Sequence record: OZ195776.1
Direction: 5' to 3' (one strand)
DNA: 64,000 bases
Both the position numbers and the translations under genes were made by a program. Positions within the stretch are counted from its first letter, which is position 1, and each line of letters starts with the position of its first letter. The notes under the pieces were generated by a model. It was given only the letters and a program-made list of their open reading frames with translations. It searched no databases and had not been told where the DNA came from. Of the stretch, positions 1 to 8,564 are shown piece by piece.

Positions 1-224
1 GGTTTACACCAACAACCGAGCTTTTTACCACGCAGTTTGAGAAACTCCGTGACGTTATCTGGATCTTCAAGTTCGCAAAGCAACCACTCTTCGTAAAGAG
101 CGATTACTTCGGTTCTGGTACCGTGGACACCAATCTTAAATGGGTTTCCCCACCGACTGAGTCCACGAGCTACCGGTACGTCACAATCTTCGTGACGCAT
201 GTTGACAACGGTTGTTTTTACCAC
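1..224 (-). CDS. DUF4326-family protein (runs off window start)
   Basis: Read manually from GTG at 224: VVNMRHEDCDVPVARGLSRWGNPFKIG...LRGKKLGCWCKP; WGNPF and GKxLGCWC motifs. Confidence 0.75.
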   Translation of the reverse strand, partial: MVKTTVVNMRHEDCDVPVARGLSRWGNPFKIGVHGTRTEVIALYEEWLLCELEDPDNVTEFLKLRGKKLGCWCK

Positions 225-835
225 TCATCATCCTCGTCAAGTTCGTCACCATGGTAGGCAACGATTGACGAACTTGACGATAGGTTCAGACCCATTACAG
301 ACTTCGCGAAGCTGTTTACTTCGTTAACCGTATTGGATGTAAGACGACTGTCGTTAAGAATCAGATCGTCACCAACGAATGAGCTGTTAATTGGAACTAG
401 CACGTTTTCGTTTGGTAAAAGACCAGCACCATGCTTCTTACACGCAGCAATCAGTTTCTCTACGCGTGCGATGTCCGAATCAGACATAACGTAAAACTCA
501 CTACGATCGATTTCAAGACCATATACGTAAAACGGTTCACCGCCGGAGTATTTGCGAACACTGTAGCCTTTGAGTTTCGATGGTACCACTGGAATTTGGT
601 AAATCCTCATGCCAAAGCCAAGAACCGCTGCTGGATCTTTCTTAGCAGGCAATGCGTCTTTCAACATTTTGCTAGTATTGACTGTTCTGCGTGAGCTTGA
701 GCTTGATGAGCGCATTGAGCTACCAAGTCCTTGACCAGCCATGTAAGATCGTGCCTGACGCGCGTCCATGCCACTTGAGCGAATGAAATCGCGTGCTGTG
801 TTACGCTGTTCGTTAAATTGAGTAAATGTTTTCAT
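218..835 (-). CDS. Hypothetical protein with capsid-targeting-like N-terminus (MKTFTQFNE)
   Basis: AGGGA RBS before ATG at 835; track extension to 1000 overlaps the upstream gene. Confidence 0.6.
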   Translation of the reverse strand: MKTFTQFNEQRNTARDFIRSSGMDARQARSYMAGQGLGSSMRSSSSSSRRTVNTSKMLKDALPAKKDPAAVLGFGMRIYQIPVVPSKLKGYSVRKYSGGEPFYVYGLEIDRSEFYVMSDSDIARVEKLIAACKKHGAGLLPNENVLVPINSSFVGDDLILNDSRLTSNTVNEVNSFAKSVMGLNLSSSSSIVAYHGDELDEDDEW

Positions 836-848
836 TGTAATCCCTATG

Positions 849-1292
849 TTATTCTGAAAGAATGAATAGAACTGAATCATCTTGGTCTTGCGTGCGTAGA
901 GTGTGGTACCCGTACTGCTTACCAAAACGTAAAGCCATTCTTTTGTATAATGATACACGACTTCGGTCCGCTTTAGAACCCTCAAATCGTATCGTATCAA
1001 TATCGTAACCTTGTTGCATTGATTTATTCAAAAATGCGCTAATTCCAGCTACGACTGTTGAGAATACCATAGGAGCATTGCCTGTTCCTGTCGCATCCCA
1101 TCTAATTTTGTTGCCATCTCGGAGGCTAAATTCGACATCAAGCGTACCTTCGTATTCGGTCAAATATATTCCGTACATACGGTCGTCTATTTTGAACGTT
1201 CCGGTCCACTCTTCGTCGTATTGCCACTTCCAAGTGATTTGAGCTGGTCGTGAATTAAACGACTCAGTCAAATGTTCTCTGAACGATATCAT
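849..1292 (-). CDS. Hypothetical protein with capsid-targeting-like N-terminus (MISFREHLTE)
   Basis: 147-aa ORF, AAGGAGG RBS, late-like promoter upstream. Confidence 0.6.
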   Translation of the reverse strand: MISFREHLTESFNSRPAQITWKWQYDEEWTGTFKIDDRMYGIYLTEYEGTLDVEFSLRDGNKIRWDATGTGNAPMVFSTVVAGISAFLNKSMQQGYDIDTIRFEGSKADRSRVSLYKRMALRFGKQYGYHTLRTQDQDDSVLFILSE

Positions 1293-1310
1293 ACGCCCTC
1301 CTTAAACTTG

Positions 1311-1318
1311 TATTTATG
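1311..1318 (-). promoter_or_regulatory. Late-promoter-like CATAAATA
   Basis: One mismatch to T4 late consensus TATAAATA, 19 nt before the 1292 start. Confidence 0.55.
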
Positions 1319-1332
1319 GAAGGCATATGCGA

Positions 1333-2124
1333 TTACGCCATTGAGTACTGGACACCAATCATATCTGGGTTGCAACCAATTGCTTGGAAATGCACTGCAA
1401 AACCAACAGGAACACCGAACGTGATAACGTTATCGGAAGTGTCTACTGGCTGGAATTCAAATCCATCAGCAAAACATTTGATGGTCGCGTCTACCGGTAG
1501 TCGAGAAATGTCGAATTCTACCGAAAGTACGCTACCTGCTGGCATGTCTGGGTGAGGATAAACCTGACCATTACCGCCGCTCCAAAGAAGCTCAACGTAT
1601 TCGCGTAGGTCTACACTCGTCCAATCAATTGGCGGAATACGCGGATCAACGCCCTTAGCAAACTCGATTAGAGTAATGTCAAGATCTGGAGTTGCATCGT
1701 TGATAACCTGCTCAATGATGTTCCAATCACCACCAGCAAGTTCGCTACCGATTTTCGGAATGTACAGCATTTCGATTTGAGATGCACGAGCGTTAAGCTC
1801 CATGAACGCAAGACCGATAGCAGCGTAGTTCGCATGACGTTTGTCCGTACCATACTCGTATTGAGAATACACGTTCAGTACGTGACAATCAGCACCAACG
1901 TTAGCAAGAGAGAATCCGCCAAGTTTCGCTCGATCGCCTTCCATGCCGTAGTCAACATCAGCTTGGAATACTTCAGGGAACTCACGAAGTTGACCAGCAA
2001 TACCACTACCTTGCGTGATAAAACAGTTACAACCTTGTGCCATCCAGAAGACTTCCTGGTCACGCTTACTATTGCGAAGCATTTCGACCAAATCACCTTG
2101 TAGAGTTTCTACAATCATTTTCAA
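1333..2124 (-). CDS. Macrodomain (ADP-ribose hydrolase, T4 Tk.4-like) with C-terminal extension
   Basis: QGCNCFITQGSGIAGQL and PKIGSELAGGDW macrodomain loops. Confidence 0.85.
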   Translation of the reverse strand: MKMIVETLQGDLVEMLRNSKRDQEVFWMAQGCNCFITQGSGIAGQLREFPEVFQADVDYGMEGDRAKLGGFSLANVGADCHVLNVYSQYEYGTDKRHANYAAIGLAFMELNARASQIEMLYIPKIGSELAGGDWNIIEQVINDATPDLDITLIEFAKGVDPRIPPIDWTSVDLREYVELLWSGGNGQVYPHPDMPAGSVLSVEFDISRLPVDATIKCFADGFEFQPVDTSDNVITFGVPVGFAVHFQAIGCNPDMIGVQYSMA

Positions 2125-2171
2125 TACCTTATGTTTGGAGTGAGTAGGTGGATACTATCCACCAATTCATC

Positions 2172-2660
2172 TTATTTGTAAACGCGAGTAACGTTCTTTT
2201 CAACGAAATGTACGCTACCATCTTCGTAACAATCCAGGTACATGTGACCGATGTGATTGCCACACTCGCATTTGAGCTTTTCACCCATTGAATAGTTGCA
2301 ACAACCATGCCCACGTTTAAATGGAGGAATGATGCCATCGAAAATGGAACTTTGACCAACCACAATTTCAGATGCGCGTTTGCGAACGATTTGAGCAGGA
2401 CGGTCATCGCAATACTTGTTGTTCTCTTTCTTTTGACCTTGCGACATGTAGAACACACCACGTTTGAAAGAGCCCCACTCGTATCGCTCAAGGATGCCTT
2501 CGCTGACGCCATCTTGATCATCGTAGATTGGTTGGTCCTTGTTGTAAATCGCTCCGGGATTTAGAATGCGGTCGCTAAACCAACCAGGGAACCAATGCAC
2601 CTTTGCTTGGTACATATCAGATGTTAACGGTTTGCTGCACTTTGAACATTGAAGTTTCAT
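2172..2660 (-). CDS. Hypothetical Cys-rich (possible Zn-binding) protein
   Basis: CSKC, CECG and CC motifs; in-operon ORF. Confidence 0.5.
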   Translation of the reverse strand: MKLQCSKCSKPLTSDMYQAKVHWFPGWFSDRILNPGAIYNKDQPIYDDQDGVSEGILERYEWGSFKRGVFYMSQGQKKENNKYCDDRPAQIVRKRASEIVVGQSSIFDGIIPPFKRGHGCCNYSMGEKLKCECGNHIGHMYLDCYEDGSVHFVEKNVTRVYK

Positions 2661-3109
2661 GATTTCCCCTGTAGATGGTCGCGAATCTCAGTCAAACGAC
2701 CACAGAATTCACGTACGGTTAGCACAGTATCGCAAGTTTTCTTACGACCGATTGAGTGTTGTAGAGTTGCTTTGCCAGTTGCCAATAGAGCTTTCTGGAA
2801 CTTCGTATTCTCCGCTAACGCCGCGTACGCTTCGTCCAGTAGATTCTGGTACGCTTCACTATCGCGATGAATCGGACATCCTTTCCAGTACAAAGTCTGG
2901 TTCGTTTTCCAGTTTTTCTTTGCACCCTTGCTTTTGGCCTGCTTGCCAACAAGAGTGCAAATATGACGTTGCATATCAACTCCAGAAAACTTCAACGATT
3001 GGAGGAAGCCTTCCATTGAGTTGCATTCAACGCCATCCACCACGAAACGATATGGAGCGAAGTTAGACAAAGCAGACGCTGGATAACCATTGCCTGATTT
3101 AATGTCCAT
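2657..3109 (-). CDS. NADAR-family protein, T4 gp30.3-like
   Basis: LSNFAPYRFVVDGVECNSMEGFLQSLKF and KFQKALLATG motifs. Confidence 0.8.
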   Translation of the reverse strand: MDIKSGNGYPASALSNFAPYRFVVDGVECNSMEGFLQSLKFSGVDMQRHICTLVGKQAKSKGAKKNWKTNQTLYWKGCPIHRDSEAYQNLLDEAYAALAENTKFQKALLATGKATLQHSIGRKKTCDTVLTVREFCGRLTEIRDHLQGKS

Positions 3110-3288
3110 TACAGTTCCTTTAGCATTTCTTCCAATGAGTTACGTGAACCCATATTTGGAGTTAGTTGGTCCGCAGGTGTGTTTTTGATGATTGCACGCA
3201 GCTTGTGCATGTAATCAGTTTGTGGATGTTCACCATGAACATTTTCTAAACGTTCATGAATCCAGATTAAAAAGTCGCGATCAAGCAT
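3109..3288 (-). CDS. Hypothetical protein (59 aa, not in track)
   Basis: Manual translation MLDRDFLIWIHERLENVHGEHPQTDYMHKLRAII; fills the operon gap. Confidence 0.65.
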   Translation of the reverse strand: MLDRDFLIWIHERLENVHGEHPQTDYMHKLRAIIKNTPADQLTPNMGSRNSLEEMLKEL

Positions 3289-3289
3289 A

Positions 3290-3535
3290 TTAGCGGTGCT
3301 CCATTACAATACTACGAGCTTTGATAATGTTTTCGTTCCACTCTTTGTACTTGTCCATTGGAATCTCGATACTTGCGTTAACACGACGTGCCAATTCAAT
3401 ATCTTTTCGAAAATCAACAAGTTCGAATATCTGCAAGCGCTTCTTTGTTGGAATGCGATCGGATACGGAACGATAAAGGTTCGTGATTGTATCGTTCAAC
3501 AATCTCAATGAGTTGTCGTCTAAGATTATGTTCAT
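3290..3535 (-). CDS. Hypothetical protein
   Basis: In-operon ORF abutting neighbours. Confidence 0.55.
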   Translation of the reverse strand: MNIILDDNSLRLLNDTITNLYRSVSDRIPTKKRLQIFELVDFRKDIELARRVNASIEIPMDKYKEWNENIIKARSIVMEHR

Positions 3536-4086
3536 TTTACCATCCTTTCGAGGGTGAGTTGTTCGTAATACAGATTCTCAGCTTGTTTCTCAGTCAACGT
3601 TTCTTTCGCGAGGTCGTCAGCAATGCGTTGACGCTTGGCTTTGATCACCGCAGCGATTACGCGTTTTTGGCTTTTCTCGGTGGGCGTCATTGTCTTTTCC
3701 AGATGCGCTTCCAGGTACTCGTCGTAATCAAACGACGAACCGTTGAAGTACTCGTATTTTAGTGGTTCGCGGCGAACGTATCGCCAAACCGTAACATCGT
3801 TACTACGAGAACAGTAATCTTCGTATTGACGGTCGTACAACTCATCTAAACGAGCAAGGGTTTCGTCAGTAACGCCGTATGCGCCACCCAACACGAACCT
3901 ACAATATCCATTGTCCATAAAACGAACCGTTTCGGTTAAGTCCAGATCGACCATTTTGTAATCCGTACGAGTTTCCCACTCGTCGTACCGTATAGTACTG
4001 GTGGCTACTGGAATGATGTCGAAAATGTAACAAGGACTACGAATCCATTCTTTGGTTAATGCACCGCGTTCGTCGCGAATGTTCAT
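3532..4086 (-). CDS. Hypothetical protein
   Basis: Start MNIRDERG at 4086 in ATGA overlap; GGGAG RBS. Confidence 0.6.
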   Translation of the reverse strand: MNIRDERGALTKEWIRSPCYIFDIIPVATSTIRYDEWETRTDYKMVDLDLTETVRFMDNGYCRFVLGGAYGVTDETLARLDELYDRQYEDYCSRSNDVTVWRYVRREPLKYEYFNGSSFDYDEYLEAHLEKTMTPTEKSQKRVIAAVIKAKRQRIADDLAKETLTEKQAENLYYEQLTLERMVK

Positions 4087-4244
4087 GGTGTAACTCCCCA
4101 AGCAAAAATAAACAACGCCCACCCCATCAAAGCAATTACGATTTGTGGAGTATCACCTGGACGACGAAAATACGCACGTCCAGTTTTGATAGTGTATAAC
4201 GCTAAGAAGAATGCGTATACCCAACCCAGATTAATGACAATCAA
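4083..4244 (-). CDS. Small two-helix membrane protein (53 aa, TTG start, not in track)
   Basis: TTGA and ATGA overlaps with both neighbours; MIVINLGWVYAFFLAL...ALMGWALFIFAWGVTP. Confidence 0.55.
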   Translation of the reverse strand: MIVINLGWVYAFFLALYTIKTGRAYFRRPGDTPQIVIALMGWALFIFAWGVTP

Positions 4245-4711
4245 TGTTTGATTCCACATTCAGTTAGAAAGGCGGAAACGTCTAAGTTTTCCACGTTGCC
4301 AGACTCCGCATGTTTGCTCATAACGGTAACGATGTTTGTTATAGCCTTCTCGAGTGCTTCTATCAACGAATCCTTGCTGATACCTTTTACAGATTTGAAT
4401 CCAGATTGGACCAATCTCAGTTCTTTCATTGACAGACGACTTAGCTCGCGATTTACAATCAAGCTAACCTTGCCTTTGCTACCTTCCGCGTAGTACTTTC
4501 CAGTTACGATGTCGAGCAACATAACGGTCCAGTAATCATTGCCTGTAGGTTCAACAAATACGCTCAGATAAACATCTTCGTCCGAATAACCTTTCATAAG
4601 TTCCAGGTTAAACTCTTTGAACGCTCCAGTTTCTGCAGAAGTTGTGTATTTGAGTAATACTTCACCTTGCTCAAACAGTACCGTTTCTTTGTCGCAAACA
4701 TACGGAGTCAT
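4241..4711 (-). CDS. Hypothetical protein
   Basis: Start MTPYVCDK directly after the upstream stop. Confidence 0.55.
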   Translation of the reverse strand: MTPYVCDKETVLFEQGEVLLKYTTSAETGAFKEFNLELMKGYSDEDVYLSVFVEPTGNDYWTVMLLDIVTGKYYAEGSKGKVSLIVNRELSRLSMKELRLVQSGFKSVKGISKDSLIEALEKAITNIVTVMSKHAESGNVENLDVSAFLTECGIKH

Positions 4712-4712
4712 A

Positions 4713-5042
4713 TTAATCACCAATGTTGAATTCAACGAAGTCTGAATGGTCTTTCTCATCATCGAAGCAAAGCTCATCCAAGAAACGTTCGATGGGCATG
4801 CTACGTGGCCACATATCCAACGCACCGAGTTTGTCAATCGAAGCAAACTTGTTGCCAAACTGAACACGTAGATTTTTGTGATCTACTTGGCCACGACGAA
4901 CTGCGATACGAATTGCATAAAGCATGTTCTCAGTTCCGATTGTTACATCACGTGGGTCAGCTACGAATTCTTGACCGAAGTCCCAAGCAGCACCGTCAGG
5001 TACTGCTGCGCCATTTACAGGGTCGTATGTAATTGTAATCAT
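4713..5042 (-). CDS. Hypothetical protein
   Basis: 109-aa in-operon ORF. Confidence 0.6.
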   Translation of the reverse strand: MITITYDPVNGAAVPDGAAWDFGQEFVADPRDVTIGTENMLYAIRIAVRRGQVDHKNLRVQFGNKFASIDKLGALDMWPRSMPIERFLDELCFDDEKDHSDFVEFNIGD

Positions 5043-5191
5043 AAGTCACAAACCTTATCTTCATTAATATAGAACCCATCATCTCGTCTGACAATGAGAT
5101 ATTCACCACCAGTTGCTGGATTTTCAATCCAATGGCGATTTAGGTCATTCTCTCTCATTAACACAATTGCATCAACTAAAATCTGATTCAT
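5039..5191 (-). CDS. Hypothetical protein (50 aa, not in track)
   Basis: MNQILVDAIVLMRENDL...; GGAG RBS; ATGA overlap with next gene. Confidence 0.55.
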   Translation of the reverse strand: MNQILVDAIVLMRENDLNRHWIENPATGGEYLIVRRDDGFYINEDKVCDL

Positions 5192-5198
5192 ATAAATA
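5191..5198 (+). promoter_or_regulatory. T4-type late promoter TATAAATA for the homing endonuclease
   Basis: Exact consensus about 95 nt upstream of ATG 5293. Confidence 0.8.
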
Positions 5199-5203
5199 CT
5201 CCA

Positions 5204-5271
5204 TTGTGGATAGGTTTAGCGGCCGAACCGACAGACATCGCACCTGTCTTTCCACAACCATTCAAGTGCGA
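5204..5271 (+). ncRNA. Candidate structured 5' leader (3-way junction plus pseudoknot)
   Basis: TTGTGGA/TCCACAA closing stem, two internal hairpins, loop TCGCAC complementary to downstream GTGCGA. Confidence 0.45.
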
Positions 5272-5292
5272 CGTTTATTAGCGAGATAAACC

Positions 5293-6021
5293 ATGAACTG
5301 CTACGTATACAGAATCACCAATGTAGTATCAAACCGACACTATTACGGATATCGTAAAAGCTCCACAAATCACCCAAATGATGATTTGGGCGTTGTATAT
5401 TTCAGCTCAAGCAGCGATAAGACCTTCATCGCCGAACAACGTGATTTTCCAACACACTTCAGATATAAAATAATTGCATGGGGACTAACACAAGAACGTG
5501 CTTTGATTCTTGAAGAAAAACTTCAACGAAGATTCCAAGTTGATGTCAATCCAGCTTTTTACAATCGTCGTATTATGAACGATAGATTTCATTGTAACAA
5601 AGAAACTGGACGTAAAATTGCTGCTAACAAATCAAGAGCTCGTAAAATATCAAAGACGCACAAACAACTATTCGCGAACGGAAAACGTACCAATTCAGGA
5701 AAATCCAATCCAAGATACGGTGACCACCGAACGTATGATGAGATTCACGGAGTCGGCAAATCAACCTCGTTAAAGTTGTCAATGTCACAATCGAGGACTG
5801 GAGCAGGCAACGCTAACGCAAAACGTTGGATAGCAATCGACCCCAATGGTAACGAGTATTGTATACGCGGAAATGTAAAGCAATTCTGTACAAATCATGG
5901 TTTGTGTATAAGGGCTCTCAAAACAAACCTCGGAAAGCCCTATTTGTCTAATCACACAAGAACTGACAAAGGTCGCAATACTATAGGATGGATGTTAATT
6001 AAGCTGCAACAATATCAATAA
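5293..6021 (+). mobile_element. Free-standing GIY-YIG (Seg-like) homing endonuclease
   Basis: N-terminal YVYRITN...HYYGYR; basic NUMOD-like C-terminus (GKSNPRYG, GAGNANAK); antisense to the surrounding operon. Confidence 0.8.
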
Positions 6022-7147
6022 CATCCAACTTTTGATACTTGTCGTTAATCATTGCTTGTTCGTAACCTTCAATTCCAAATAAGGTGTACGCTGGACAATG
6101 TTGACAACCAAGACCGTCGGTGTTTTTAACCATCATCTCACGAAATGCTACGGTCTTTGGATGCATCCAAACATCACGCACGAAATCATCCGCTTCTAAT
6201 ACGTTAATGCCTTCTGACCACCCACCAACATGCCATTCTTCTGTAAACGAACAAGGAAAAAAGATTCCTTTTTCCGATATATAGCTTGAGAATCGAGTAG
6301 ATTCACAAGGTTCAGACATCTGTACAAATTCATTGAATTTAGGATGATCTTTTACGCTTTGTAGAAACGCCCCTGCTGAACACGAATCAAATCCAAATTT
6401 TACATCATTGTCTAAGAACATTTGGACCATATCTTGATACGATTCTAGAGATGCAGTTTCGTGTTTGGTACCACGACCTTTTTGCTTCAATCCCAGACAA
6501 ACCAACGCGTTCATTCCCGCCAGACGCTCGTCTGTTTTAATATCAGATACAATCTGACCGACCGATTTAATGCTCTTTGCGCTAATCATAAAATGCGCAT
6601 TTACTTGCGTTAGGCCTGCGTCTGTCAATCGTTTGACGCTATTGTATCCAACATCCAATCCCGCATGTGGATAAAACGATACCGCCACAGCTCCACAAAC
6701 CGCTGCTAATTTCTTGGCAGTTTCTTCCGATACGTCAGCTACAGTGATGTTGGGAATAATTCCACGAGAACGAGCATATTCCATCATTTTGAAGATGTCT
6801 GGGTTTGCTTCACATTGAGCGTCAGCACCCAGTGCAACCTGCTGCAACCACGGCATTTTGTCAATGATGTTTTTAAATTCGTTAAACGACATGTTGTGTC
6901 CGTTTCGAGTGTTTGATTTGTAACAGAACGAACAGCCACGATTTGCCGGACCTGGACAAATTGTAGTTACCTCAATGTCCAAGATGTGAGGGAAATCGCA
7001 GTAATCAGGATAATCATCCACAGTCTCACCCCAAGTCATAGTACGACCGTTTTTCATGTTAAAATTGAAATTCACGTCTTTTGAACGAAATAGTTTCCAA
7101 TCGTCTTTAACAATCATTTTACCAGTTGGTGTTGGAATAGTTTTCAT
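5999..7147 (-). CDS. Radical SAM protein with C-terminal SPASM/Twitch-like region
   Basis: LDIEVTTICPGPANRGCSFCY cluster motif, QQVALG, PCES...GIFFPCSF...CQHCPAY; start MKTIP at 7147. Confidence 0.85.
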   Translation of the reverse strand: MKTIPTPTGKMIVKDDWKLFRSKDVNFNFNMKNGRTMTWGETVDDYPDYCDFPHILDIEVTTICPGPANRGCSFCYKSNTRNGHNMSFNEFKNIIDKMPWLQQVALGADAQCEANPDIFKMMEYARSRGIIPNITVADVSEETAKKLAAVCGAVAVSFYPHAGLDVGYNSVKRLTDAGLTQVNAHFMISAKSIKSVGQIVSDIKTDERLAGMNALVCLGLKQKGRGTKHETASLESYQDMVQMFLDNDVKFGFDSCSAGAFLQSVKDHPKFNEFVQMSEPCESTRFSSYISEKGIFFPCSFTEEWHVGGWSEGINVLEADDFVRDVWMHPKTVAFREMMVKNTDGLGCQHCPAYTLFGIEGYEQAMINDKYQKLDVIDIVAA

Positions 7148-7157
7148 TATGTTTTCC

Positions 7158-7364
7158 TCAGCGTTTAGCGATTTTAGTAGCGATTTTAGAGATAGACCAA
7201 GCATGTGCAGCAGTACAGAAACCGCCAACAACAGCGTTTGTGGGCCACAAGCCCAGACCAACCAATCCGTAGATTGAAGCGATTGTAACACCCAGACCAA
7301 TCAGTTGACAAAGTATGAATTTACCTTCTGCGATGAAAAAGGCTTTCACAAGATAATAACGCAT
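7158..7364 (-). CDS. Small membrane protein
   Basis: Hydrophobic ORF, AGGAG RBS before MRYYLV. Confidence 0.5.
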   Translation of the reverse strand: MRYYLVKAFFIAEGKFILCQLIGLGVTIASIYGLVGLGLWPTNAVVGGFCTAAHAWSISKIATKIAKR

Positions 7365-7372
7365 AATAACTC

Positions 7373-7585
7373 CTAGCAGAATGAACGCGCAACCCACATT
7401 AACACAAAACAAACAACCGATGCAACCATAAATTGGTCTTGACGACAGTTGCGTAGATCGAGTTTGCGATGAATACTAACTGGATTGAATATTTGAGTCC
7501 AAGCCATGCAGAACACACAAACAATCCAGCTAATGAACATAGCGATTGTAGCGTAACCTGGGATACCGTATTCTAAAAGTGCCAT
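7373..7585 (-). CDS. Small membrane protein
   Basis: Two hydrophobic helices; AAGGAAAACATTATG start. Confidence 0.55.
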   Translation of the reverse strand: MALLEYGIPGYATIAMFISWIVCVFCMAWTQIFNPVSIHRKLDLRNCRQDQFMVASVVCFVLMWVARSFC

Positions 7586-7595
7586 AATGTTTTCC

Positions 7596-7820
7596 TTACC
7601 CTAAAATTTCAACAGCGTTTGCAAGTGCCAGTTTAGCGCTATCAAAGACTTCACTTTGACGACCACCACAAGTGCGCTGCCAGTAGTAGGTAACACGACC
7701 AGAACCACATTGTTTAACAGGGAATAGGATGATTTTGTCAAAATCACCGATACACGCGTTGTAAATCTTGCCATCGTCTGATTTCAGATTTTTGTTTACG
7801 TATAGTCTTGGTAAAGCCAT
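7596..7820 (-). CDS. Hypothetical early protein
   Basis: Start MALPRL after AAGGAAAACATT; first gene behind the promoter at 7895. Confidence 0.55.
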   Translation of the reverse strand: MALPRLYVNKNLKSDDGKIYNACIGDFDKIILFPVKQCGSGRVTYYWQRTCGGRQSEVFDSAKLALANAVEILG

Positions 7821-7842
7821 AATGTTTTCCTTCTTTCTCAAT

Positions 7843-7895
7843 GACCGTTCCCGGCCGACAGAGCCCATATTACAGGACTCTGTCTCAAAGGCAAC
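7843..7895 (-). promoter_or_regulatory. Early promoter GTTGCC...TAATAT plus class A leader hairpin
   Basis: TTGCCT-N16-TAATAT then GGGCTCTGTC GGCCG-GGAA-CGGTC; repeated at 12.7 and 24.5 kb. Confidence 0.8.
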
Positions 7896-7898
7896 GCT

Positions 7899-8384
7899 TT
7901 ATCCGAAAAACTTTGGATTAAATGCGAGATGTTGATTGCTGTAGCGGCCATCGGAAGTTACCTCAACACCCACCCAATCAGGCAGTGTAACGTCTTCTAA
8001 GCCGGTTTCTAACTCAACCTCAGCAGTTACAAGCCCTTCCAATTCGCCACGGTATACATCGACTTCCCACACAGTTCCTTCGTGGTTGATGTAATGACGA
8101 GTTTTCTCAATCTCAGCCATTGCCATCTTTTGAAGTGCACGAGCTTCGCCCAAGTAAAGAGGTTTCTCTACTTCGAGTCGACGTAGACCACCATCGTACG
8201 ATTTGCCTTTGATAGTCAATGTACCGAGATGGTCGTCTCCGGTAATCGCTTCGATACGAACTCGCACTGCACGCTCTGGGTCGTTTGTAAGGTACGCTTG
8301 CTCAATTTCAACGCTGTAATTGGCCAACTTGCTCCAGTCTACTGAGCGATCAGCGACTAGGAATTTACGTTCTATCTCGATCAT
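7899..8384 (-). CDS. CYTH-domain protein (triphosphate tunnel metalloenzyme)
   Basis: EIERKF, IEQAYL, VRVR, IEKTRH, WEVDVY, AEVEL motifs. Confidence 0.9.
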   Translation of the reverse strand: MIEIERKFLVADRSVDWSKLANYSVEIEQAYLTNDPERAVRVRIEAITGDDHLGTLTIKGKSYDGGLRRLEVEKPLYLGEARALQKMAMAEIEKTRHYINHEGTVWEVDVYRGELEGLVTAEVELETGLEDVTLPDWVGVEVTSDGRYSNQHLAFNPKFFG

Positions 8385-8563
8385 GATAATTGTCCTGCTT
8401 TGAAACCTTCCAACCAAGCCGCTACGCAATACACGTTATACGACTCATATACGACTTGAGTACCTTCAAGAACCTGGTAGCGGTCCTCGTTGTATTCATT
8501 TGGAGAGCGGTCGTAATCGAATCCCGCTTTCTCTACCAGTTGTTGCAAATCCCAGCTTGTCAT
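8381..8563 (-). CDS. Hypothetical protein
   Basis: Start MTSWDL, GAGG RBS. Confidence 0.5.
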   Translation of the reverse strand: MTSWDLQQLVEKAGFDYDRSPNEYNEDRYQVLEGTQVVYESYNVYCVAAWLEGFKAGQLS

Positions 8564-8564
8564 G

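Noticed and set aside
690-730. Ser run SSMRSSSSSSRR in ORF 218..835 as a sixth FVSNSSSSSF member
   Set aside because: Internal, lacks MKxRxGFVSN and the trailing F; low-complexity only
5204-5271. Assignment to hammerhead, twister or HDV ribozyme classes
   Set aside because: No CUGANGA/GAAA core or other recognisable consensus; kept only as an unassigned structure
7821-7868. N-terminal extensions MGSVGR... (7868 and 12685) suggesting a shared peptide
   Set aside because: These are translations of the conserved promoter leader; real starts are at 7820 and 12631 with proper RBSs
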